From Sphaerodactylus townsendi (taxonomy: Eukaryota), in assembly GCF_021028975.2 (NCBI RefSeq), contig NC_059425.1:44144001-44208000 (forward strand): a stretch of 64,000 nucleotides of DNA. The letters run 5' to 3'. Positions 40,388-51,440 of the stretch are shown piece after piece. The notes under the pieces are model-generated. The model saw only the letters and a list, made by a program, of their open reading frames with translations, was not told the origin of the DNA and searched no databases. The translations under genes were made by a program, and so were the position numbers. How positions within the stretch are numbered: the stretch's first letter is position 1; the number at the start of each line of letters is the position of its first letter.

Positions 40388-40675
40388 ACATAAGAAGAGC
40401 CCTGTTGGATCGGACCAGTGGCACATCTAGTTCAGAATCCTGTCTCACAGTGGCCAATCAATTTATCTGGAGGGACAATAGCAGCACATAACCTTCCCCT
40501 CCTCCTGGGATTGGTATTCAGAGGTCTACGTCCTCTGAATGTGAATATTCCCTTTAGTCAAGATGGTCAGTAGTAATTGACAGCCTTAGCCTCCATAATT
40601 GTCTAACCGCCTTTTAAAACCATCTACACCTGTGCTCATCACTATATAATCCTGGCAGTGAACTCCACATTTTAT
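40388..40675 (-). mobile_element. CR1 LINE 3' end
   Basis: acataagaagagccctgttggatcggaccagtgg is the reverse complement of a CR1-type 3' terminus (compare 54350-54553). Confidence 0.75.
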
Positions 40676-43329
40676 AGAAAAGTTTAAGTTTCAAATCATC
40701 TACCTGAGTTGCTTCACCACATGATAATTTTATAGCAGAAAGTGACATGGAGCATTAGCACAACTGTTTTGTTTTGTTTTATTGGTCATAGTAACAGAGA
40801 TAGAGAGACAGACTCTTCCTCAAGAAGCTGCAGTTTAAATTTCAACAGCAAGTGAAAACTGCCGACAGGGCAAGAGAAGTGTAACCAAATACAGCTACAC
40901 ATGCTCAGACTTTATTTGAAGATGAGGACAAACAGGATTTTTTGTTTGTTTCCCAGAAAAGGTGAGTTTGGAAGAAAAATTTGAAAAAGGCAAATAGATA
41001 AACTTGGGCGAATGGGTCAAGTTTTTTGGTAAGGCAAGAGACTTTTTGAGCACCCTGATGGTGTTAAAATGATAGTCTCCAGTCTGTTCATCACGAGGTT
41101 CTTCAAGTTATATTGGAGATCAGCATCTTATCTGAAAAGTCAGTCATTAGTCCTGCCAGGTTTTTTTATGCTAGTTATTTCCTGCAAATCACTGTGCAAT
41201 TCTGGATGTAAGAAGTTCTTTTATAGCAGTAAATAAAGGAAAGCAGAAAGTGCACAAGAAGTATAGAAACAGAATATTTAACCAGGCACAAAAGGATAAT
41301 CACGTCAGTCAGTGCACAGAAATCTAGCAACAAAATATATAAGGCTTCAATACCATTTAAAAATATGTCAGCTACATTACGGAAACAATTTCACTTCAAG
41401 CACCTCCAGCAATTCAAAAAATGGAGCTCAGTGTGACCTTACCTCAAGCATAATATCAAACTGACTCAGTCACAAAGCTGAACAAGGTGCATTGCCAGCT
41501 AACTGAATGCAGACAAAAGGACGTGAAGGTCATCTTGTTAGGCATTTCCAAAGGACATGACAGACAGAAAACAGTAACTTTGTTTTTCTAACCGGAATAA
41601 GTACCAACTAAAAAAAAAAGCTGTCTTAGTAATTGAACTGCTTGCTTAAACAAGAATAAAAATACACAGATACAAAACCTAGCTACCAGTCACTTTTCCA
41701 CACATTTTATAAGCTTAAAAAGGGACAAATGTTTTCAAATAGGTCTTTCAGTAAAGATGGTATGTGAAAAAACAAAGTGACTGTTGGCAGTACTTGTAAG
41801 GGTAATAATTTCATATCTTGTGCAGTGAGAAGGGTTAAACTATATAAAAACTACACCTCGATGCCAGACAGTGTAATCCCAAACAGAATTACACCATTCT
41901 AAGCACATTAACTTTAATGAACTTAGAAGGGTATAACTCTGCTTAGCACTGCACCATAAGGAACCTACTTTGTCCAAAGTATTCCAGCTTTCATTTCACA
42001 AAAAATGGCGGCATTTATGAAGACAAGTTCAATAAGTACCGCAACAAACAAAACTGAAAGACAAGGAGAAAACTGGAAAGTTTTTTAAAGTCCATTTTTT
42101 TCAAAAGTTGGTCCAAGTTTGTTTTGTGACCAAAACACACTTCTGAACATTAATATTGCGAAATGCAACACCTGTGCCAATTGTACTTTGACATCCAAGA
42201 TTGGGATGATGATGCAAGTTGCACAAAATTTACATGCAGCTATAACACAGGAACTGTGGCCTTCTGATGAGATCCCTAATTGACCTTTCAATGGTAAGTC
42301 ATCAAATTGGGGGGAGGAGGAGGTTCTAACATGGAAGTCCAGAGAGATCTTTTTTCTACCAAGGATGTAATTATAAAACAGCTCATATCTTGTGGAACAG
42401 GGACTGAGACAGCAGAAACAACTCTGCAAGGGCTTAATCTCTTGATGATTAATCAAACATAGGAAGACCTAGAAAATTCAAATGATATCAAATTATAATT
42501 ATCAGTATTTTTTTAATCTTCAATGATCTTGTCATTGTGAACACAAACTGTGGACTGTTTCACTTGACGCATAACTGCCTGCAATAAGGAGGCAGGCTGT
42601 GCAAAGATGTTTCTGTGTATGAAGTGCTTGCTAATAGTGAAAGAAGCCTGTGCTTTTTTCTGCCCTCTACACTTTGCTGTCTGACAAACACAAAACACAC
42701 AAAAATGTGATGAAAGGCTAACAGCACAATCTTCACTATCCTGGGAGTAAGCTCTACTAAACATATCAGAGCAAGATGCTGAGTAGGCAGGTTTAGGACT
42801 GTCTCCAAGAGACCCTGTATTATTTTTATATTCAGATGTAAGCCATCTTGAATACTTCAATTGAAAACCCAGGTATAAATTATCAAAATAATAACAAATG
42901 AAACAGATAGAAGGAGGAGGCACGAGAGCTACTCATATCAAATGACTTAAGAAATCCACGCTGAAAAAAGAGTGAAAAAAGACTGACTGTGGAAATGAGT
43001 TACAATAATAAATAAAGCAGTTCAGCACCCTGTTATCTATAGACGACAAGTTCCAGATAGCAGGACTGAGAAGAACCTCTTACTGATGCCCTGGAAAGTG
43101 GATGTCAGAGTAGTAGACAACTGGAAGAAGTTAAATCATAAGCTGATTCAGTGTACAGCATTTCTGTGTTCAAATGCTTTGATTAGATTAGAAGTTATTA
43201 ACCTATACTAATTTAAGGCAATGTTGATAAGTTAGCACCAAGATGTCTTCCTTAAGTGAAACAAAATTACCGGTAATCATTCCTCAACCAATGTTTACCA
43301 TGAAAGTCAGGAGGGCATCTCCTCATGTT

Positions 43330-44470
43330 CTTAATATCAAGGCAGAAATGTATGGGAGAAGGTGATCCTTTGGATACCCTGGTCCCAAGCCATGGGCTTT
43401 AAAGGGAAAAACCAAAACCTTGAATTGAGCATGGGAGTTGACCAGTAGTAATTGCTGTAGTGTGCAGGACATATGCTCCCAACAGCTAGTCCCCACCAGC
43501 AGTCTAGCTGCAGAATTCTACAGTAGCTGCAGTTTTTGAACACTCTTCAAGGGTAGCCCCAAGTAGAGCACATTGCAATAGTCTGGTTTAGGCAGACTAA
43601 GGCATGGATTGCTGTGGCTAGATTGGATGCAGTTGACGCATGGAAGTTGGGCAAGTGCAGTCACCTATCAAGCAGCATTCCCAAGCTGCAAGCCTGGCTT
43701 TTCAAAGGGATTATAACTCCATCTAAGACAGGGGAGATGTAAAATCCCTGGTCTGTCTTTCTGCTAACTCTGAGAACCTCGGCCTGGTCAAGATTGTTTC
43801 AGCTTGTTCATTCTCATCCAACCTATCACTGACTCCAAACACTGGTTAGAACCTTGTAGCATTCACATATTGACCACATCAGTCCTCATATCTCTGATGA
43901 CTTTTCCCAGTTGTTTCATGTAGATATTAAATAGCATAGGGAATAAGATATAATGATATAGCATCCTGACAGGTCAATGGCTGCATGGGCAGAGCAGAAT
44001 TTCCTCAACACTATCTTTTGAACTCCCCACCCTGCTGACAGGACTCAAACCACAACATAATACTTCTTAGTCTCAGTGGCAGCTCGGTAGGATACTATAG
44101 TCCCGTAGTGGCGAACCTTTGGCACTCCAGATGTTATGGACTACAATTCCCATCAGCCCCTGCCAGCATGGTCAATTGGCCATGCTGGCAGGGGCTGATG
44201 GGAATTGTAATCCATAACATCTGGAGTCCCAAAGGTTCGCCACCACTGCTATAGTCAATAGCATCAAAGGCCACTAAGAGATCCAGCAGACCTAGCAGGG
44301 CCACATTCCCCCTATTTAATTCTCAACAGAGATCAACCAAGGTGACCAAAGCTGTCTCTGTTCCAGATCCTGACCTGAAGCCAGATTAAAATGGTCCAGA
44401 AAATCAGTCTCTTCCAAGAATCCCAGGAGCAGTGAAGCCACGGTCTGCTCTAGTGCCTTGCCAACAAATG
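43330..44470 (-). mobile_element. L2 LINE RT fragment, interrupted by a MITE
   Basis: Minus strand reads LLDLLVAFDAIDY (the LLDLSAAFDTIDH motif), DHFNLASGQD and LFNIYM remnants. Confidence 0.7.
44103..44248. mobile_element. Fully palindromic 146-bp hAT MITE
   Basis: Near-perfect hairpin centred on gg(t/c)caattggcc. Perfect 8-bp TSD ctatagtc (44095-44102, 44249-44256). Confidence 0.92.
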
Positions 44471-45774
44471 GAAGATTGCAGAATGGCTGGAAATTTTCTA
44501 AATGCTCAGGGATTTTTTTTTCAAAACAGGTCTAATCGCAGCCTCTTTGAACATGGGCAACACAACTGTCACCCTCAAGGAAGAATTTACCACTCACTCA
44601 CCAACCCTCTGGCTGATTTTATCAGCCAAGATGAGCAAGGGTCCAGAACACAGGAGGAAGCTCTCACTTGTCTAAGAATCAAATCTACAGCTTCAGAATT
44701 CACAAGCTGAAAAGTATTCATATAAATCAGACAAGCAGATGCCAAAGGGTAATCTATCTGAAAGGAAAGCATTTAAATCTTGTTTGCTTACAACTCTGTA
44801 ATTTGGAATATTAGGTACTACGCATTTAAAAAATGAAACAGGAACCAGACAGAGAATTAATGGCAGGAGAACAATGCTGTGATTACTATAAATAGTATGC
44901 CATCGCAATTGTTGTTTAAATTGCAAGGCAAGCTTGTTTAAGAACCTGGCTGAGAACAGTTATGAAACAACTCAGTAACTGAAGTATGTTTGAATATGTT
45001 ATTACTGTGATTATATATGTAGTTACATAGAAATAAATCCAATTAATTGGTCATGTTTGTTTTCATGTAATCATTTAATGCATATTCTACAAATTCTTTT
45101 TATCCCATTGTTACACTCGTTTGGATGTGATGGTTCTGAAAGGGGCTTTGATTTCTTGCTAGAAACATAACACTTAAGTGGGCCAGCAGCAGACAGATTT
45201 AGGCATGCAGTTTAACATCTTGCTAGCCTTGCAGTTTGAACCACAAATAGTCGTTTATTTCTATTATTGATGACATCTGTTCTGCTGCCATTAAAATTGT
45301 GAATTCAATCACAGAGCTAAACTCAAATCCCTGCTCAGTTTTGAAGCTTGCTAAGAGGTCTGGACAATTCATTCTCTCTGAATCTCTTCATCAAGCCCTT
45401 GTCAGAACAATCCATAATTTTCAAGCCACTTTGTAAACTATCATACGTTATGGAAAAACAACAGAAAGAAGGGAAAGAAGTGGCAAAGAAGTGATGAATA
45501 AGCATAGAAGAAGTGGGGGAAAGAAGTGATAAAGAACTGATGAATGAGCACGAAAGATCAGATGGCAGTAGAGGAAAAGTTTAACCAATTCAATGCTGAA
45601 AAGAGACTTAACTGTGCAATCCAAAGGGGAGGCAAAGCCGCACCGGAAGCAGCAGAAGGGTTACACTAGCATTCATGCCACCAGCACTGTGGAGAGTGGC
45701 ACAAACTGCTATCATTATCCAGAAGACTTCATTCACCTTTCTTAATCTAACATTTGAGATATTTTTCAAGCCAA

Positions 45775-45985
45775 GTAGCTATATTAGTCTGTAGCAGCAA
45801 AATGAAACCAGCACCTTAAATACTAATAAAATCTGTTCTTGCATAACAATTGTTCTGAGTCAAAGTTCATTTCATTAGAAGGATACAAGTGTAAATCTGT
45901 CAAAGTAGACTCTGACTTACAAAAGTGCGAGCTTGAATAAATGTTGTTGGTCTTTACAATGCCAAAAGATTCCTTTCTTGTGGAA
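45775..45985. mobile_element. Decayed Penelope-type inverted remnant (related pieces at ~46465-46560 and ~59180-59470)
   Basis: gtagct.tattagtctgtagc...gcaccttaaa.actaa is mirrored by ttggtcttta.aatgcc. Confidence 0.45.
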
Positions 45986-47089
45986 GACCAACTAATAATA
46001 ATACTCACTAAGAATAAAGATTGAAGAACCAACTATTCAGGCATCTGATTTCCCATTTTAATAAAAATATTATATGCTTCTTGGTTGGTCTCAACAGAAA
46101 AAAAAGACTACCCAGGGTAAGTCCCAGGGAACATCCTAATAAAACATGCACAGAATTGGGTTGAAGGCCTTTTATTCCTCTGATCATGGTTCACTGGATA
46201 TCTTGCACTGGCAGGCTATCACTAAAGTAAATATATAGTATTTTCAACTCTCTATTGATGGTGAGCCCATCCCAAATTTTCCAGCAAAGGGAGTGATGAT
46301 TAAGGTCAGAATAATAAATTGAGAAGGAGTGATAATACTTGTCTTGCGTGAATGTGTGCTTCTAGATCAATTTAAATTTGCTTTCAAGAGAGGCAGATTC
46401 AGGGTTGCATGAGAGAGAACGGAAAAAGTTTTTTCTCATTACTTCCCTTGGGCAACAGTGATAGTTACCGTAGGTCTGAAGATGTAAACTTTAATCCACA
46501 AAAGATTATGCTGGAGTAAAATTGTTAAAGTGACACAAGATTCAATTTGCTGCAACAGAATAACTGCAATGAAGTAAAAGCTTTATTTAGCCTGGGTTTT
46601 TTTTTCCAATCTGAGAACAGTTTATATATATATATATTACAGTTTTCTAGCAGCTTGGGAGTTCAGAAGCGTGTCAACATCCACATAAACTAGATTTTAT
46701 CCAAACACACTTCAAATATACATATTTTAAGACACATACACAGAACCGTGTAAACTTAACCTGCTGTCTCCCCCAGAGCAGCTCAAATTAAAGCTCGCAC
46801 ATGATGTCACTGTCTTGCACACCACATCCTTGGCTTACAGCTGCAGCCTGCAATCCTAATGCACTACTATGCAAAAAGGTGCCCAGGTAAATCTGCTAGC
46901 CCGCTCTGCTCCGAAGCTGGGCATCATCCTCAGACCGGGCCTCACTGCGCCACTGGAGGCGGCTTCGCATCCCCCACCCACCCCGTCCAGCGTTACCCTC
47001 TGCTGCTGCTGCGAGGGGAAAAGGACAAAGGCAGAAAGACGCCCTTCTTGGGTTACACGAATGGCAACCACTACGGAGCTCTCGGGAGC

Positions 47090-47232
47090 GTTGCCATAGC
47101 GATGCCAAGGGCCGGGTGGGTGGGGAAGAAAGGGAGGCTGGCGGGCGACATCCATTTGGCCCCCGGTCGCCATGGAAACGACAAGGCCAAGAGCAAAGCG
47201 GGAGGAGGGCGAGGCCGGGTTGCTATGACAAC
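47090..47232. promoter_or_regulatory. Cluster of three RFX X-box motifs in ABHD12 intron 1
   Basis: GTTGCCATAGCGAT (47090-47103), GTCGCCATGGAAAC (47166-47179) and GTTGCTATGACAAC (47219-47232), compared with the consensus GTTGCCATGGCAAC. Confidence 0.7.
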
Positions 47233-47258
47233 GCAGTCTAGTGATGGGGGGCGCTCAC

Positions 47259-47443
47259 CTGCCGAGCGGGCGCTTCATGCCGGAGTCTCCGGCGGGGCGG
47301 GCGCTGCCAGGCAGCCGCAGGCTCTGTCTCAGACTGACGCCCTTGTCCAGCTGCGGGGATGGGGAAGGAGAGGTGGAGGCCGCCGGTGCCGAAGGGGCCA
47401 AGCGCTCATGCTCCAACGTGACGGACTCGTTCCTCTTCCTCAT
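47259..47443 (-). CDS. ABHD12: ABHD12 lysophosphatidylserine lipase, coding exon 1
   Basis: Translates MRKRNESVTLEHER...DSGMKRPLG(R), matching the ABHD12 N-terminus (human MRKRTEPVALEHER...AGMKRALGR). Donor AG|gtgag at 47258. 185 nt, phase 2. Confidence 0.95.
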
Positions 47444-48573
47444 CCCGGCAGCGCGAGCTCCGTTTGCTTGAGGGAAGACGTCCCACTCCAGTCACCGACG
47501 CTGCCTTTCCCTACATTATATCGGCCCAGCCCGGCAACCAAAAGACTAGCGGCGCCTCCCATCCGCCACCAATCAGAAGCGGCCTCGGCCACGTGACTTT
47601 TCTACAGCTGTGAGAAATGGCCAGTTTTGTTTGACCATGACAAAGATGGCCACCGCGCTGCAGACTCTCATCTCGCGTCTATGAAGGAAGCGAATGTTTT
47701 GCTCCGCCCAAGTCTTTTCGGCACAAATAACCAATTTTCCTCTCTTAAAAAACAAACAAACTTCAGCAAACAGCCATCGAAGCTTCGGGCGCTGAAGCAC
47801 ATGTCGCCATCTTGAATGTGGGTTAGCGGATTCAAGCGTTTGCCGACCTTACCTGCATTCCTTGGTAGTTTACAAGTGTGTTAGTGTTACTATATTAATT
47901 TCTCAGTAGTTTATTTTATTTTAGATATTTAGTCAATGTGACTTGGGCCGCCGTGTACGTTAAGACTGCAATCCTCAATTTGTAATTCCGAGTAATTTCA
48001 GAGGGACTTATTACTGAGTCGAATTGGTACCTCGGGCTCCACGAACTGCCTTATTCTCCTCTTTGCGCCCTCTGGATTCAGTGTGTTAATTAGTGAAGCC
48101 AGATCCACCTTTTATTGTGGTCTGTCTGACGTAAATAAGTGTGTAAATATGCAAAACATATGTATTTTGCAATTGGGATTAAAACTGTATGAACCTTATG
48201 ACTAACAATGAAAAGCTGTCATTTACGGTACTAATTTACTAATGCTGGGGAAAGCTCTTCTTCTTTATCAGTTTAGTCATGTCGAACACTTGGATACTCT
48301 GTAAACCAGTCCCTTCCATGCTTCCCTGTTTGCCAAAACTTCTTTCAATTGGTTGATGTTCATGTCCATGTCCCTCTTAATGGTTTCCAACCAACGAGTC
48401 ATTGACCTATCCCATTTCTGTTTACCACTGACCATTCTGAATAGCATCTCTTCTTCCAGTGATTTACCCTCATCACATATCCGAAGTAGGTCAGCTTCTG
48501 TCTAATGATCTTGCCCTCTACGGACATTTCTGGGTTAATATGCTCCAGGACAGTTTTGTTGGTGACTCTAGCT

Positions 48574-48738
48574 CAGTGGTTCTCAACCTACCCTTTAGTA
48601 CAGTTCCTCATGTTGTGGTGGCCCCCAACCCTAACATTTATCCATTTTACAGATGGAGAACACTGATGCAGATAGTCTTAGGCAACCCCTGTGAAAGGGG
48701 GGTGAAAGGGGTCCCGACCCCCAGGTTGAGAAGCACTG
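48574..48738 (-). mobile_element. SPIN (Space Invader)-type hAT MITE nested in the RTE
   Basis: TIR cagtg(g/c)ttctcaacct. Perfect 8-bp TSD ctctagct (48566-48573, 48739-48746). Internal motifs ccctttcacagggg.tgcctaagac and ccaccacaacatgaggaactgta.taaaggg (minus strand) match the SPIN/URR1 ends as I recall them. Confidence 0.85.
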
Positions 48739-48960
48739 CTCTAGCTGTCCATGTGGCTCATAAAAGTCTTCTCCAACACCACAGCTCAAGGGCATCCACT
48801 TTTCTTCCATCTGTTTTTGTCAGTATCCATGTCTCTCAACCATATATCATGATTGGGAACATGATTGCTGTTATCAGTCTTTGGTGGTGATTGAGATATC
48901 TTTGCACTTCCATAGTTGGTCCACTACTTCGGCCATAGCGCTGTGCGCCTAAAGGCTATA

Positions 48961-49953
48961 CGCTTCCGCATCGCCCATTAATGGTTTGGGACGGGACACC
49001 ATTCCCAGGGAGCCATCTCGCGACAGGCGTGGTAAGTTGCTGCAATGCAGCAGCGCCGACCTGACCTTGCTCCTCTCCCCAGGGCGGCTAAGCTCCTGGA
49101 AAACAACCTTAAAGGGTTGTTTCCAACAGCGAGCCCTTCGCATGCACAGCACCGCTTAGAACATCGTTAGCCAGCCCACTACCTTGTTCCATTTACAGAT
49201 ACCATCGCCGTCCCTCCCGGTTCTGGAGGTCGAGGGCAGCGGGCGGGCTTCACGGCCAGCAGGTGACGGCGAGGACAAGGTGAGTCGGATCGGGAAGAAG
49301 AGGCGTTCCATGCGGAGTCAGCCGGGCAGTCTGTCGTTTCTCTTAGAGGCCGGCCCGCGATGCTTGCATGCGAACGGGTTCACTTCACGCCGGGCGGAAT
49401 TTTGCCATGGAGGTTTCCACGGCCGCGGCAGAAACGGCCAAAGGCGTTTCATACGGCCCATTAATGTAAAGCCCTGGGGGCCGGGAAATCACATGCGTCC
49501 CAGGGGCCTTCGGCTCCCGCACAGGCGATGTTGCTGCAATGCAGCAGCGCTGACCAATCCCCAGGGGCGTCAAGCCTCCCTGAAAACAATCCTTTAAAGG
49601 GTTGTTTTCCTTCAACTGTAGCGATGTTCAGCGGTCTTGGTACAGCGCCGCCAGAGATACGCTGTTTCCGATCCAACTCACCTTGTCCGCAAAATTCGTT
49701 TGCCTGCTGGCCGTCGAAGCCCATACGCTGTCCTCCGACCCCTGGAGGTCGAGGCAGCGATGGTAGCTCAACTTGACTCAACGCAAACCTGACGATGAAC
49801 AAATATCGGCGAGGAAAGAAGAAATGACTCATGGGGCGCCGACGATCTGCCGACTCTCAAGAGGCGTCCGCGTCTGCATCGCGAAGCGGCCTCCGCCTTC
49901 ACGCTTGGCGAATTCTTGCCAGCGTGGAAGCCCTTACGGCGATAGAAGCGGCC
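48961..49953. mobile_element. ~1-kb CpG-rich non-autonomous DNA-transposon-like insert nested in the RTE
   Basis: Interrupts the RTE reading frame. Degenerate TIRs cgcttccgca... / ...gaagcggcc. Internal duplicated block gttgctgcaatgcagcagcgc...gaaaacaa.c.ttaaagggttgttt at ~49037 and ~49529. Confidence 0.65.
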
Positions 49954-51049
49954 AAGAATCCTGAGCTCTGCTGTCGAGCCGCCATTAAGATGGATGAGGG
50001 ATCCAAAGAAAATGATGCTGTCAACCACTTTTCTTTCTTCATTGTTCATTTTAATATGGACTTCTTTGTTGGCAGTGGTCATGATCTTGGTCTTTTTGAT
50101 GTTTAGGTGAAGTCCCATCTTTTTGCTTTCTTCTTCTAATTTCAGTACCAGTTTCTTCAGGTCCTTCTCACTCTCAGCCAGTAGGGTTATATCATCTATA
50201 TACCTCAGGTTGCTGGTGGTTCTTCTGCCGATTTTCACCCTAATATTTAAGTCCAGCTTTCTCATGATCACTTCTGCATAGAGGTTGAACAGAAAAGGAG
50301 AGAGGATGCATCCTTGTCTAGTACCCGTTTTGATCTTGAACCAGTCTCCGTCCCATACCTGGTTCGCACTGTGGCTTCTTGATTATCATAGAGTGATTTG
50401 ATCAATTTGATCAGGTGTATAGCCACTCCTACTTCTCTCAATGCTTCCCAGTTGTGCTCAACACAATCAAAAGCCTTGGTGTAGTCAATGAAGCATAAAT
50501 AGAGCTTCTTCTGGTACTCCCTTGCCTTTTCCATAATCCATTTTAGATTTGCAATGTGATCTCTGGTTCCTCTGCCCTTGCATAATCCATCTTGGACATC
50601 AGGAAGTTCTCGCTCAATGATGTTGCCCAAGTCCTTTGGTATGATCTTTAAAAGTATCTTGCTGGCATGGGGGATTAGGGCACTATAGGTTCTATAGTTG
50701 GCACAGTCTCTGGAGTTGCCTTTTTTTGGTAGTTGAATGAAAACTGATCTTTTCCATTCCTTTGGTCATGTGCAAGTCCTCCAGATCTTCTGATAGAATG
50801 CTGTCAGTACAGCGCTTGGGACTAGTGAAAAGCAGGGGAAAGCAGAGAACACAAATCTGTCCTCCACACCCCAGAAATATTTCTCACATAACAGAGAACT
50901 ATTCTTCAAGTGTACTCAGAGTACTACTGTGTTCTATTCAATGGGACTTACTCCCGGGAAAGAATCCTTAGGATTGCAGTCTCGGTTTCCAATTATGAAA
51001 TCACGCAGGACAGGACAGTAACATCTGTCCCTTCATGTCTCACCTGTCC

Positions 51050-51440
51050 ACCTCTGCTCTGGTAGCCGCCCGAACTGTGAACGAAATCTAACGCCCCCGC
51101 TCAGTAGAGCTCTACCAACATCACCCTGGGGATTCTACACGCTGTCTCAATACCGTCAGCACAATCGCAACGGCTGGGTATGTCCCATCTCTCTTCCCGT
51201 ATGACGTAAAGCTACTGAGTAGTTTCTATTGGCTGCGTCGTGGGGAGGCGCGGGTTTCGTTCGCGCGCGCCAGAGGCTACAGGGAAGTGGGTCTGTGTTG
51301 GGGAGAGGCCGAAGGTGTCGCCGTTTGGGTCGGTACCATGTTCTGTGAGAAAGCTATCGAGGTCATCCGGGAACTCCACCGCGCTAGCGACGGTCAGCTC
51401 CCTGCGTTCAATGTAAGCCTTTGGCGGCGCAGCAAGGGCT
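51050..51440 (+). promoter_or_regulatory. GINS1 CpG-island promoter with E2F-, NF-Y- and CRE-like sites
   Basis: TGACGTAA (51202-51209), ATTGG (51228-51232), TTCGCGCGCGCCA (~51260-51272), and TTTGGCGG just inside intron 1 (~51420). This is typical of S-phase replication genes. Confidence 0.75.
51338..51412 (+). CDS. GINS1: GINS complex subunit 1 (PSF1), exon 1
   Basis: accATG, then [25 protein letters not shown] |gtaag. 75 nt. Confidence 0.97.

Larger units (their letters stand above)
46850..47830 (-). promoter_or_regulatory. ABHD12 CpG island and promoter
   Basis: CpG-rich region spanning exon 1. CCAAT at ~47569, CACGTGAC E-box at ~47590, YY1-like AAGATGGC (~47643) and CGCCATCTT (~47805). 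Confidence 0.8.
48258..50765 (-). mobile_element. RTE-clade LINE (5'-truncated, frameshifted) between the ABHD12 and GINS1 promoters
   Basis: ORFs 50268-50630 (GRGTRDHIANL...CFIDYTKAFDCVEH) and 49768-50271 (NLRYIDDITLLAES...GLHLNIKKTKIM). The frame resumes left of ~48960 as RIAL..WKCKDISITTK..ETW..ELWCWRRLL. 3' tail (GAA)n near 48258. Confidence 0.92.

Noticed and set aside
47569-47593. ER stress element (CCAAT-N9-CCACG) in the ABHD12 promoter
   Set aside because: The spacer is 15 nt, not the required 9.
46859-47596. 245-aa plus-strand ORF antisense to ABHD12 exon 1
   Set aside because: It lies entirely in a CpG island where stop codons are scarce. It is Gly/Arg/Ala/Pro-rich with no recognisable domain.
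49184-50106. ORFs of 60-137 aa in the promoter interval
   Set aside because: They fall in the GC-rich transposon insert or are antisense to the RTE, and show no protein motifs.
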